NCBI GenBank assembly: GCA_965263035.1
Contig: OZ253580.1
Coordinates: 1,856,001-1,920,000 of the forward strand
Length of the DNA: 64,000 nt
Direction of reading: 5' to 3'
Origin: Acidobacteriota bacterium
Lineage (GTDB): Bacteria > Acidobacteriota > UBA6911 > RPQK01 > JAJDTT01
In this document: positions 47,550 to 56,807 of the stretch, piece by piece
How positions within the stretch are numbered: the first letter of the stretch is position 1
How the letters are laid out: the number at the start of each line of letters is the position of its first letter
The notes under the pieces: model-generated
What the model saw: only the letters and a program-made list of their open reading frames with translations
Database searches by the model: none
What the model was told of the DNA's origin: nothing
Position numbers and translations under genes: made by a program

Positions 47550-47755
47550 TTTCTCCTCCTATTTGGATGAAATGGAGCCATCCACGCTGAGACACCGATT
47601 GCAAAAGGAGCAGAGCAGGGCGCGATTGTGTGTGGTTCCACGATCCGACCGGTGATTCCTCAGGGAGTCTTTCGCAGGGATGAAACTAGTTCGGGCTCTC
47701 TACACCTGTCTGTGACACTACCTCTGGAGCCCTCTGTTGAAACAAGACGGGCGCT

Positions 47756-47784
47756 AGTATAGTCCTTCTTTCCATCGGTGTCAA
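47756..47784 (-). promoter_or_regulatory. Consensus sigma70 promoter of the RRM gene
   Basis: TTGACA-17 nt-TATACT on the minus strand. Confidence 0.8.
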
Positions 47785-47971
47785 AAGCTGCGGCGGCCCC
47801 TACGGATCGCTTCATATTCCCGCTCTTTCCCTCTTCTCTCTCTTCCCCCTCGATTCGGCGTCTCCTTGTCTTCAGGACGGCGAAAGCCGAGAATGGGGAG
47901 ACCGATCCGAAACCCAACCACGCCGAGCCGGTCCGCTGGCGGCTCCCGGAAAGCAACCCGAATCCGGCACT

Positions 47972-48134
47972 AGGAGTCTGCGCGGTAGGAATGATCTTAG
48001 CGAGAAAGTGGGGAATCGAGGCCAGATTTTCTCGATTTGGAGGTGCATAGTTGTTCTATTCGCCGAGAAATCGGGGAAATATGGACCGATTCTACCGCTT
48101 TCGCAGTAGATCAATTTCTGCCGCGCAGGCTCCT
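47972..48134 (-). mobile_element. 163-bp MITE, copy 4 (inverted)
   Basis: Reverse complement of the same sequence; flanks CT|...|AG. Confidence 0.9.
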
Positions 48135-48211
48135 AGACGTATGAATGGAATCGTCCATTGCGTCAAATCGGAAGCGTCCACCAGGCGCCGTCTTGAAGGA
48201 GTCCTGACAGG

Positions 48212-49276
48212 ATGAAGGGATCTCTGCTGACGCAACTGGTGGGGAGCTACAGCAAGCCCAGTTGGCTCATTCGGCACCACCGAGTCACGACTCCCTACGG
48301 CGACGACACCTTTTGGCGGCCGGAACCGGACGTCCTCCAAGACGCGCAGGACGACGCGACCCGGCTCGCCATCGCCGATCAGGAGAGAGCGGGACTGGAC
48401 GTGATCACGGACGGAGAAGAGAGGCGGCATCGTTTCGACTCCTATTTCCTCCGTTTCCACGGTCTCGATTCGACTCGGCTGGGCCAGTGGTCGATGGCGG
48501 ATCGGGACATGAGCTTCATCCGACTCGATCCAGCCCTGAAAGGGCGTCTGGGCCAGGCCTACGCACCCCGCGTCGTGGACAAGGTGGGCTGGCCGGGACC
48601 GACCGCCCTCAAAGATCTGCGTTTTCTGAAACGCCACACCTCACGTCCCGTGAAGATGACCGTGATCGGACCCCTGACGGCCGCCGCCCGCCTGGTCAAC
48701 GAGTACTACCCCGATGAGGAGGCGCTGGGAATGGACCTCGCTTCCGTCATCAACCGGGAACTGCGGGCTCTGGACGAGGAGGGCGCCGACGTCATCCAGC
48801 TGGATGAGCCCGATTTCCACTTCCGGGCCGACCAGGCCTGCCGTTGGGGGACCCGGGCCCTGGACGCGGCCCTGGAGGGGATCCGTTGCACCACCGCGGT
48901 CCACATCTGCTACGGCTACGCACTGATCGGACACAAGCAGGTCAACCCCCGCTACGCGCAGGCGCTGGAGGCGATTGCGGCTTCCCGAGCTCGACAGATC
49001 AGCCTGGAGTATGAACAGCCCGGTCACGAACCGGACCTCCTGTACCACTGCGGCGACAAGGAGGTCATCCTGGGACTGATCAATCTGGGTTCTCGGGAAG
49101 TGGAAACTCCGGACCACATCGCGCGGCGCCTCCGGGATGCGCTGGAAGTCGTCCCGGCGGAACGCTTGCGGGCAGCCCCGGACTGCGGCATGTGGTTCCT
49201 GCCGCGCGACGTGGCCTACGCCAAGCTGCAAGCCCTGGTGGCTGGGGTCGACAGGGTACGCGAGTCCGTGCTCTGA
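48212..49276 (+). CDS. Cobalamin-independent methionine synthase II-like (single-barrel MetE-like) protein
   Basis: VGSY, GLDVITDGE, IQLDEP, HICYG, LEYE, PDCG Zn ligands. Confidence 0.88.
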   Translation: MKGSLLTQLVGSYSKPSWLIRHHRVTTPYGDDTFWRPEPDVLQDAQDDATRLAIADQERAGLDVITDGEERRHRFDSYFLRFHGLDSTRLGQWSMADRDMSFIRLDPALKGRLGQAYAPRVVDKVGWPGPTALKDLRFLKRHTSRPVKMTVIGPLTAAARLVNEYYPDEEALGMDLASVINRELRALDEEGADVIQLDEPDFHFRADQACRWGTRALDAALEGIRCTTAVHICYGYALIGHKQVNPRYAQALEAIAASRARQISLEYEQPGHEPDLLYHCGDKEVILGLINLGSREVETPDHIARRLRDALEVVPAERLRAAPDCGMWFLPRDVAYAKLQALVAGVDRVRESVL

Positions 49277-49306
49277 CTCGCGGTCCTGACCCGTACAGGA
49301 GTCGAC

Positions 49307-50509
49307 ATGGAGCGTGTCGCGTTCACTCTGCAGATCAAGGAAGGGTACGAAGAGGAGTACGACCGGAGACATCTTGCCGTCTGGCCCGAGCTGATGGAGG
49401 AGATGGACAGGAGTGGCATCCATCGGACCTACATTTACCGGGAGGGCGCGACGGCATTCGTCTTCATGGAGACCGAAGACTATCGGCGTTGCACCGAATT
49501 CCTTTCCCTGGCTCCCGCGTCAAGGCGCTGGGAGGAATTCATGGCTCCGATTCTGGAGCGAGGCGCCGGCGAGCCCTATGACCCGGACCAGGCTTGGCCG
49601 TCGGGGTTGCCGGAGGTGTTTCGTTGGGAATCGACCCGAACGAGGTCCCAGATGCGCGGACTGACCGTTGCGGGGACCATGCCGGTGAGCGGCTCCACCT
49701 GGTCCTTCGTCGGCGCCACTCTGCGTGAGGCGGTCGAGATCTATCGCGCGCTGGGGATCCAGACGGTGGATCTCATCGCCGTCCCGGGCAATCCCGATCT
49801 ACCGCAACTGGCGAGCGAGCAGATCCTCCTCCAGCCGCGAGAACAAGCGCATCAGATCCTTGACCTGAGCGTGCCCGTCTCCAACCTCAACTACAACTTC
49901 GCCGCCAATTTCCACGAACGGGCCATCAACCATATAGACGCAGGGATCAGGAGAAGAAATCGGGAAGACTACGGGTCCGTGATCGAGTTCTGCCGGGCCT
50001 GCCGGATTCCCTCCGTTACGGTGCTTCCGGGAATCGTGCAGGAAGGATGGACTCGGGAAAAGGCCCTGGCCGTCGCGGCGGAAGAACTGCACCACATGTC
50101 CACCATGTCCCGGAAAGCAGGTATCACCACCACTTTCGAAGCCCACGTCGGGTCGATTCTGGAGTCACCCCTGGACACTCTGACCTTCATGCAGTCAAAC
50201 CCCGAATTGAAACTGACCCTGGACTACGGCCACTTCATCTGTCTGGGCTACGCTCAGGAGCAGGTGGACCCCCTCGTCCCGTACGCGGCCCACGTCCATC
50301 TCAGGCAGGCGGCCCCGAAGAAACTGCAGGCTCGATGGGATGAGGGGACGTTGGACTTCACCGGAATCATCGGCAAGCTCGCCTCGGCGAACTACACGGG
50401 ATTCCTGTCGCTCGAGTACGAGCACATGGAGGAGTGGTTGGACCTGGACCAGGCAGACGTCTTCACCGAAACCGTGAAGATGCGGAATCTATTGCGGTCC
50501 CTCGCCTGA
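49307..50509 (+). CDS. Fusion of L-rhamnose mutarotase-like domain and sugar-phosphate isomerase/epimerase TIM barrel
   Basis: N-terminal EEYDRRHLAVWPEL..RWEEFMAP..EVF; C-terminal FEAHVGS, TLDYGH, HVHLR, LSLEY. Confidence 0.75.
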   Translation: MERVAFTLQIKEGYEEEYDRRHLAVWPELMEEMDRSGIHRTYIYREGATAFVFMETEDYRRCTEFLSLAPASRRWEEFMAPILERGAGEPYDPDQAWPSGLPEVFRWESTRTRSQMRGLTVAGTMPVSGSTWSFVGATLREAVEIYRALGIQTVDLIAVPGNPDLPQLASEQILLQPREQAHQILDLSVPVSNLNYNFAANFHERAINHIDAGIRRRNREDYGSVIEFCRACRIPSVTVLPGIVQEGWTREKALAVAAEELHHMSTMSRKAGITTTFEAHVGSILESPLDTLTFMQSNPELKLTLDYGHFICLGYAQEQVDPLVPYAAHVHLRQAAPKKLQARWDEGTLDFTGIIGKLASANYTGFLSLEYEHMEEWLDLDQADVFTETVKMRNLLRSLA

Positions 50510-50547
50510 CTGCCGACGGACGACGCGCGTTCGAGGCCCAACCCGCC

Positions 50548-50710
50548 AGGAGCCTGCGCCGCAGAAATTGATCTACTGCGAAAGCGGTAGAATCGGTCCA
50601 TATTTCCCCGATTTCTCGGCGAATAGAACAACTATGCACCTCAAAATCGAGAAAATCTGGCCTCGATTCCCCACTTTCTCGCTACGATCATTTCTACCGC
50701 GCAGACTCCT
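50548..50710 (+). mobile_element. 163-bp MITE, copy 5
   Basis: Same sequence; end overlaps the DUF1501 stop. Confidence 0.9.
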
Positions 50711-52142
50711 AGACCAGAAGCTCGTTGAGGATCTCACCGTGCACGTCGGTGAGACTCATGTCCCGCCCGCCGAACCGGAAGGTCAGCTTGTCGTGATCCA
50801 GTCCGAGCTGATGGAGAATCGTGGCGTGGATGGAGTGGATGGAAGTGGACTTTTCGACCACTGAGTTTCCAAATTCGTCCGTCGTCCCGTAGGTGAAGCC
50901 TGGTTTGAAGCCCCCTCCGGCCAGGAAGATGGAGTAGCCGTTCACATGATGGTCGCGGCCCACACCCTCTTTGATCTTGGGAGTATGCGGGGTCCGGCCC
51001 ATCTCGCCGCCCCAAAGCACGATCGTGCTGTCGAGCAGCCCCCGCTGCTTCAAGTCCTGGATCAGCGCTCCGACGCCCTGATCGGTGATCATGGAGTTCT
51101 CCTCATGGTACTTCTTCAGATCGCTGTGCTGGTCCCAAGGAGAATTGTTGGCATGCGTCAGGGGACAGGCGACCTCCACGAAACGCACGCCCCTCTCCAC
51201 CAGACGCCGGGCACGGAGACACTGCAGACCGTAGAACTTCTTGTATTCGTTTGAGCTGTCGAGCCCGTACATCTTACGGGTAGCCTCGGCCTCGCCGCTC
51301 ACGTCGGCCAGTTCGGGCATCGCCGTCTGCAGATGAAACGCCGTCTCATAGTTCTTGATGACCGACTCGATGGCGCTGTCCCCGGTCGTGGCGGCGAACC
51401 TCATGCTCTGCTCCCGGAGCAGGTCGAGTTTGCGCCGCTGCACGGCCGGATGATCCGCCGGCATGATGTTTTCCATCACCGGGTTCCGCGCGCGCAGCAC
51501 GTTGGGCGCATGCGAAGCGGGCAGGAAGGAATTGCTGAAATTTTCCCAACCGCCGTTGGGCACCCTCAATCCATTGTCCAGCAGGACGTAGTTCGGCAGG
51601 TTGTCCCGCTCGCTGCCGAGGCCGTAGGAGACCCACGATCCGAAGCTGGGAGACCGCCCCGTGAGGCGCCCCGTGTGCATCAGTAGATTCTGCTGGCCGT
51701 GCAGCGGAACCTGACCCACCATGGAGCGGACCAGGCAGATGTCGTCCACTACCTTGGTGATGTGGGGGAACAGTTCACTGACCCAGATTCCGCTCTTGCC
51801 GCGCCGCTTGAACTCCCAGGGGGATCCCAACCAGACCCGGTCGGCCGTCGATTGCGACTTTTCCGAAACCGCCGACTTGCCGATCTCCTCTCCCTGGCGT
51901 TGATTCAACATGGGCTTGTAGTCGAACAGGTCGACGTGGCTCGGCCCCCCGTCCATGAAGCAGAAGATGACGTTCTTCGCTTTCGCGGGGAAATGGGTCT
52001 TGCCGTCGATCAACGAGGCTCCCAAGCCGTACTCTTCGGCCAGCAGCGCCGACAGAGCCAGGGCCCCGAAACCGGTGGAAGTCTTGCGCAACAATTCACG
52101 GCGGCTGATGGGTGGGTATTCGATCAGTCCTTTAGCGTACAT
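50709..52142 (-). CDS. DUF1501 domain protein
   Basis: SRRELL, AKNVIFCFMDGGPSHVDLFDYKP, WDQH, EMGRTP, GRDHH. Confidence 0.92.
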   Translation of the reverse strand: MYAKGLIEYPPISRRELLRKTSTGFGALALSALLAEEYGLGASLIDGKTHFPAKAKNVIFCFMDGGPSHVDLFDYKPMLNQRQGEEIGKSAVSEKSQSTADRVWLGSPWEFKRRGKSGIWVSELFPHITKVVDDICLVRSMVGQVPLHGQQNLLMHTGRLTGRSPSFGSWVSYGLGSERDNLPNYVLLDNGLRVPNGGWENFSNSFLPASHAPNVLRARNPVMENIMPADHPAVQRRKLDLLREQSMRFAATTGDSAIESVIKNYETAFHLQTAMPELADVSGEAEATRKMYGLDSSNEYKKFYGLQCLRARRLVERGVRFVEVACPLTHANNSPWDQHSDLKKYHEENSMITDQGVGALIQDLKQRGLLDSTIVLWGGEMGRTPHTPKIKEGVGRDHHVNGYSIFLAGGGFKPGFTYGTTDEFGNSVVEKSTSIHSIHATILHQLGLDHDKLTFRFGGRDMSLTDVHGEILNELLV

Positions 52143-55100
52143 AGATGAACTCCGTCGTATTGAAGAGGGCGTGGGCCGTGTCCTTCCAAACCGCCACTGA
52201 CTGCAGGAGGTCCTCCGAGGACTGGCTGCCATCAGAGCGGCTCTGATGAAGAGAGTTGAAATCATGAACCGCCTGGGTCCACCGGGTCAGTTCGCCCGCC
52301 TCCGGCTCCCGCCCCAGGGCATGCCGGAACATGACGGTCAGCCGCTGCTCAGGCGAGTCGTGGGAATTGGCGATCAACTGCCGGGCCCAGAATTCGGCCT
52401 GCCCCGCAACGAAGGGATCGTTGAGCATGGTCAGGGCCTGATTGGGCACATTGGTGACATCACGCCGGCCGGTGGGCATCTTCGGAATGGGCTTGTTGAA
52501 CGTCTCCAGGAACTTGTACGGCTCCATGATCGTGTTTCGGAGGTAGATGGAACGCCGTCCGTTCCCGTCCAAGGGCCCCGAGAAATAGGTCTGGTCCGCC
52601 TTGACCACCTTGCTCTTGGGCCGGTAGGGATCCACGAAACCGCCCAGGAGCTGACGATCGAGACGTCCGGAGACGACGAGCATGGCGTCCCGGATGGACT
52701 CGGCGTCCAGGCGGCGGAGCGGAAAATGGTGCAGCATCCGATTGGTGGGATCCACCTCACGGGCCCGGACACTGGCCTGATTCGACTGCTGAAACACCTG
52801 CGTCATCACCAGCATCCTGACCAACTTCTTCACCGACCAGCCCTCTTGGACGAAGCGGTCGGCGAGATAATCCAGCAACTCCGGGTGAGAGGGCCGGTCG
52901 CCGAGATGACCGAAGTCATCGGGGGTTCGGACAATTCCGGATCCGAAGACCCAGTGCCAGACCCGATTCACGAAGACGCGGGCCGTGAGAGGGTTCTCGG
53001 AACTGGCGATCAGCTGGGCCAGGTCCAGGCGCCCGCTACCCTTGGGGTCTGAGCCGTTGGACGGGCCCGACAGCACCCGGATATGCCCGCGCGGCACCCG
53101 CTCACCATAATCCGTGTACACGCCACGGACGTTGAGGCGGTAGTCGCGGCCCGGATCCAGGTCGGCCATGCTCAGGACCGTCACCGGGTCGACCAGCTTC
53201 TCCTCGGTCTCGCGGTAGGAAGCGACCAACTCCCAGATCTCTTTGCGGGCAAGCATGTTGCCGGGCAGCAGATGGTTCGGCAACAATCCAGCTTCCAGCA
53301 TCCAGTTGATCAAGAGGACATCCTCTTCGTCCGCGCGACCCTCGGCCCAGTCTTCCACCGACGCCGCAATCCACTCCCCGTAGCGGGCGGAGAGCTGTGG
53401 CGGATCGACGGGCGCCTCACCACCGAACAAGGGGGTGAACCGGCCCAGCTCATCGGCGGGCGATTCTTCGTTGTCGTGCAGGAACACCCGGGTCACGCCG
53501 AACCAACTCCGGGCATCCCGGGCTTCGGCCGCCGAGACGTCGGGCCCGAGTCCCACTCTCGGGGGAAAGTTGGGGTTCGAGGCCTTGGTCGCCAACTCGA
53601 TGTAGATTCGAGTCTCTGCGGACTCGTCTTGACCGGGCGAACGATTGGTTTTGGCGTCTGCCGTATTCGAATGGCGGATCCAGTGGGGACGGTGGTCCTT
53701 CAGATAAGTCTGCCGCTCCGTCCGGAACGAATTGTCCACGATCAGCCGTTGAGCGCTGTAGTCGCCGCCGATCACCTCCATGCTGAGGTAGGACCGGCCG
53801 GAATGATTCAGAAACGGGGTCCGGACCGCCCCGTTGAGCCGGGGCGAGAGCGCGTGTGTGAACAGTCCGGCGGGCAGGAGCATTTCCACCGCCCCGGAAC
53901 CCTCGAGCGCCACCGTGAAATCGCCGTTTTCGACCCAACCGTGGCGCACTCCGACCCCATCCACCGACCATCCCTCGGGAAGGTCTCTGCGGCCGAAGTC
54001 GGCAGCGAGGGAAAAGTCCCTGGCGTTGTTCTCAATTCGTTCCCGGCGAGCCTGCGAATATTCCCCGGCGAGCTTCCGCCAGGCCATTTCCAGTTGCTCA
54101 CCCTCGATCAGGGATTCCTGTATTTCCAACCAGGGAAAGAGGGGGCTGGACATGGTGTCCCGTGCAGCCGATTCGGCCGCTTCCTCCTCATCCTCTTTCG
54201 TGGTCTGTCCCTCGAAGGGCCTGGGACTGATCGCCTCCTCCCAGACGGCGAGACGAGCCCGGTCCAGATCCTGCGCCGCCTCTGCCGCATCCATCCGGCC
54301 TTCGACGACGGCTTGCGCCGCCATCAGGTACCGGGGGATCTGCCGCGCCTCCTCCAACCACCAGTCCGCCAGCGGCTTGCGGAGTGTCGTCTTCAAAGCC
54401 GCCAGCTCTTCCAGAACCTTCCGGTTGCGTTCCGGGAGGTCCAGCGTATGGGTCACCCAGCGTGAGCTCATGAACACGCCGCCCAGAGCGTAGTAGTCCT
54501 GCTGGGCGATGGCGTCATATTTGTGATTGTGGCAGCGGGCGCAGGCGACCGTGGTCGCCTGGAACGCCTTGGAGAAGGTGTCGACCTTGTTGTCGAGCAT
54601 CTCCTGGTGGATGCCGTTGAACATCAGGCTGTCCCCGTGACGGTTCTCACCCATCTGGAACCAGGTGGGGCCGATCATCGACTCGTTGATCTGCCTGGCG
54701 GCGTCGACTCGCGGCTGCGAGAGGAGATCGCCCGCAATGTGCTCGCGGACGAGCTGGTCGAAGGGGATGTCCGAATTGAAGGCGCGGATCAGATAGTTCC
54801 GATAACGCCACGAACCCTTGATCTCGGCATCCGTTTCATAGCCGTAGGTGTCGCTGTAACGAACCACGTCCATCCAGTGCCGCGCCCACTCCTCTCCAAA
54901 ATGGGACGAGTCCAACAGGCGGTCCACCTCCTGGGCGTAAGCGGCGTCAGGGTCGGGATTCCGGAGGAAGGCGGCGACTTCTTCGGGCTTCGGGGGAAGT
55001 CCTGTCAGCAGATAGCTCACCCGCCTCAACAGGGTGTGCCGATCGGCGCGCGGAGCCGGAGTCAGGCCATTCGCCTCCAGCTTGGCCAAGAGAAAGCGAT

Positions 55101-55671
55101 CGACGGGCTGGTCCGACCACTCCTCCCGTCGGACCTCCGGTACCGCCGGTTTCGAGACGGGCTGCAGGGACCACCAGCCGCTGCGGTCCCGGTAGACCTG
55201 CTCCCAATCGGTATGAGTCTCGTCCGCCGCGGCAGCTTCCGGCCCCGTGGAGTCCCCCGGAGCGGCCGCCCCCAGGCGCACCCATCTTTCGAAGACGTCG
55301 ATCAGCTCAGCGGACAGTTGTTCGCCGCCCAAGGGCATGGCCAACCCGGGCCCCTGGTGACGGATGGCTCGAATCAGAAGGCTCGCCTCGGGATCCCCCG
55401 GGATGATGGCCGGCCCCGACTTGCCGCCCTTCTCCCAACCATCCGGAGAGTCAAGCCGCAATTCTCCCTGCGCAAGATCGGCACGGTGGCAGACGAAACA
55501 GTTTTCGGCCAAAGCCGGACGGATGTTCCGCTCGAAGAATTCCCGGGCTTCGGGAGAGATATCGACCTTACCTGCCGCTGCAGCCTGAACCAGGCCGAAG
55601 ATGCAGAAGAGAATTCCTGCCAGGATCGGCGGCAGCAACCCATTGCCGGAACTGGAACTCGACCTCGACAT
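52132..55671 (-). CDS. PSD1/planctomycete cytochrome c protein (DUF1549/DUF1553) with large insert
   Basis: CFVCH, WWSL, FGEEWARHWMDVVRY, CARCHNHKYD, ARVFVNRVW, PSHPELLD. Confidence 0.92.
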   Translation of the reverse strand: MSRSSSSSGNGLLPPILAGILFCIFGLVQAAAAGKVDISPEAREFFERNIRPALAENCFVCHRADLAQGELRLDSPDGWEKGGKSGPAIIPGDPEASLLIRAIRHQGPGLAMPLGGEQLSAELIDVFERWVRLGAAAPGDSTGPEAAAADETHTDWEQVYRDRSGWWSLQPVSKPAVPEVRREEWSDQPVDRFLLAKLEANGLTPAPRADRHTLLRRVSYLLTGLPPKPEEVAAFLRNPDPDAAYAQEVDRLLDSSHFGEEWARHWMDVVRYSDTYGYETDAEIKGSWRYRNYLIRAFNSDIPFDQLVREHIAGDLLSQPRVDAARQINESMIGPTWFQMGENRHGDSLMFNGIHQEMLDNKVDTFSKAFQATTVACARCHNHKYDAIAQQDYYALGGVFMSSRWVTHTLDLPERNRKVLEELAALKTTLRKPLADWWLEEARQIPRYLMAAQAVVEGRMDAAEAAQDLDRARLAVWEEAISPRPFEGQTTKEDEEEAAESAARDTMSSPLFPWLEIQESLIEGEQLEMAWRKLAGEYSQARRERIENNARDFSLAADFGRRDLPEGWSVDGVGVRHGWVENGDFTVALEGSGAVEMLLPAGLFTHALSPRLNGAVRTPFLNHSGRSYLSMEVIGGDYSAQRLIVDNSFRTERQTYLKDHRPHWIRHSNTADAKTNRSPGQDESAETRIYIELATKASNPNFPPRVGLGPDVSAAEARDARSWFGVTRVFLHDNEESPADELGRFTPLFGGEAPVDPPQLSARYGEWIAASVEDWAEGRADEEDVLLINWMLEAGLLPNHLLPGNMLARKEIWELVASYRETEEKLVDPVTVLSMADLDPGRDYRLNVRGVYTDYGERVPRGHIRVLSGPSNGSDPKGSGRLDLAQLIASSENPLTARVFVNRVWHWVFGSGIVRTPDDFGHLGDRPSHPELLDYLADRFVQEGWSVKKLVRMLVMTQVFQQSNQASVRAREVDPTNRMLHHFPLRRLDAESIRDAMLVVSGRLDRQLLGGFVDPYRPKSKVVKADQTYFSGPLDGNGRRSIYLRNTIMEPYKFLETFNKPIPKMPTGRRDVTNVPNQALTMLNDPFVAGQAEFWARQLIANSHDSPEQRLTVMFRHALGREPEAGELTRWTQAVHDFNSLHQSRSDGSQSSEDLLQSVAVWKDTAHALFNTTEFIYVR

Positions 55672-55937
55672 GTGTGAACGACTCGTCTGTAAGAAGGTGG
55701 GGCTAGCCCAGCTGTCGGAGAGACACCGAAGAATTACCCGAGCACGGTACACGGTATTTTGACACCCGAACACCCGGCCATTTGGTTTGTACGTATGGCC
55801 CGTAGATTACGTTATCCTCTCCATCTCTGTCAATCGCCGGTGCGGGTCACAGACAGGCTCGCGCGTAAGCCTTTACTCCACGCTTCGGTCCAACCTATCA
55901 TGCCTTTGGCTCGCCGGCTGACTCCGGAGTCGATGAC

Positions 55938-56738
55938 ATGTTGGACAACCAGTCGAACCCGCGCCGCACCCTGGTCACCGGGGGCGCCAGTGGCTTCGGA
56001 CTCGCGACCGCTCAGGCCCTGCTGGAACTCGGCCACCAAGTGGCCATCGGGGACGTCGACTCCCAACAGCTGAAGTGTGCATTCCAGACCCTGAAACATC
56101 CCAATCTGCTGCCGATCGAACTCGACGTCACATGCGGAACGTCTGCGAGAGACGCAGTGGAGACCTGCCGGACACGGTTCGGAGGTCTGGATACGCTCAT
56201 CAACTCCGCAGGGGTGATCCACATGACCGCTCTGGAGGAGATCACGGAGGAAGAGTGGGATCACGTCATCGACGTGGACCTGAAGGGCACGTTTCTCTGC
56301 AGCCAGGCAGCTGCGCCCCTGTTGCGCCGGAGCGGACGGGGCCGCATCGTCAACCTCGGTTCGGATGCCGGCAGAATCGGTTGCCCACAGATCGTGCCCT
56401 ACTGTGCGGCGAAATTCGGCGTCGTGGGATTGACCAAATCCCTGGCGGCCGAGCTCGCCGCCGATGGCGTGACCGTCAACTGTGTGAGCCCGGTCGGGGT
56501 CTCCGCCACCGGAATGGGTCAATTCGTTCTCCAGAAGAAAATTGAACTCAGCGGGTTGGTTCCGGAAGACATCCTGGCTGCGACCGCGGCGGAGATCCCG
56601 CTGCAGCGCAATCCGACCACCGCGGACATCGTCAATGCGATCCTGTTCTTTCTGGCCGAGGAGTCGGCCTTTCTGACCGGAGTCGTCCTGGACGTGGATG
56701 GCGGAATGCTGAGCATTCTCCCGGTGCGGGGGACCTGA
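55938..56738 (+). CDS. SDR-family oxidoreductase
   Basis: TGGASGFG, NSAG, YCAAK. Confidence 0.92.
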   Translation: MLDNQSNPRRTLVTGGASGFGLATAQALLELGHQVAIGDVDSQQLKCAFQTLKHPNLLPIELDVTCGTSARDAVETCRTRFGGLDTLINSAGVIHMTALEEITEEEWDHVIDVDLKGTFLCSQAAAPLLRRSGRGRIVNLGSDAGRIGCPQIVPYCAAKFGVVGLTKSLAAELAADGVTVNCVSPVGVSATGMGQFVLQKKIELSGLVPEDILAATAAEIPLQRNPTTADIVNAILFFLAEESAFLTGVVLDVDGGMLSILPVRGT

Positions 56739-56807
56739 ACGGGCTCCGGTCCGGTATTGATCCGTCGCATCGGAGACTGAAGTCCGAGCAACGAGGAGGG
56801 AAACAAC

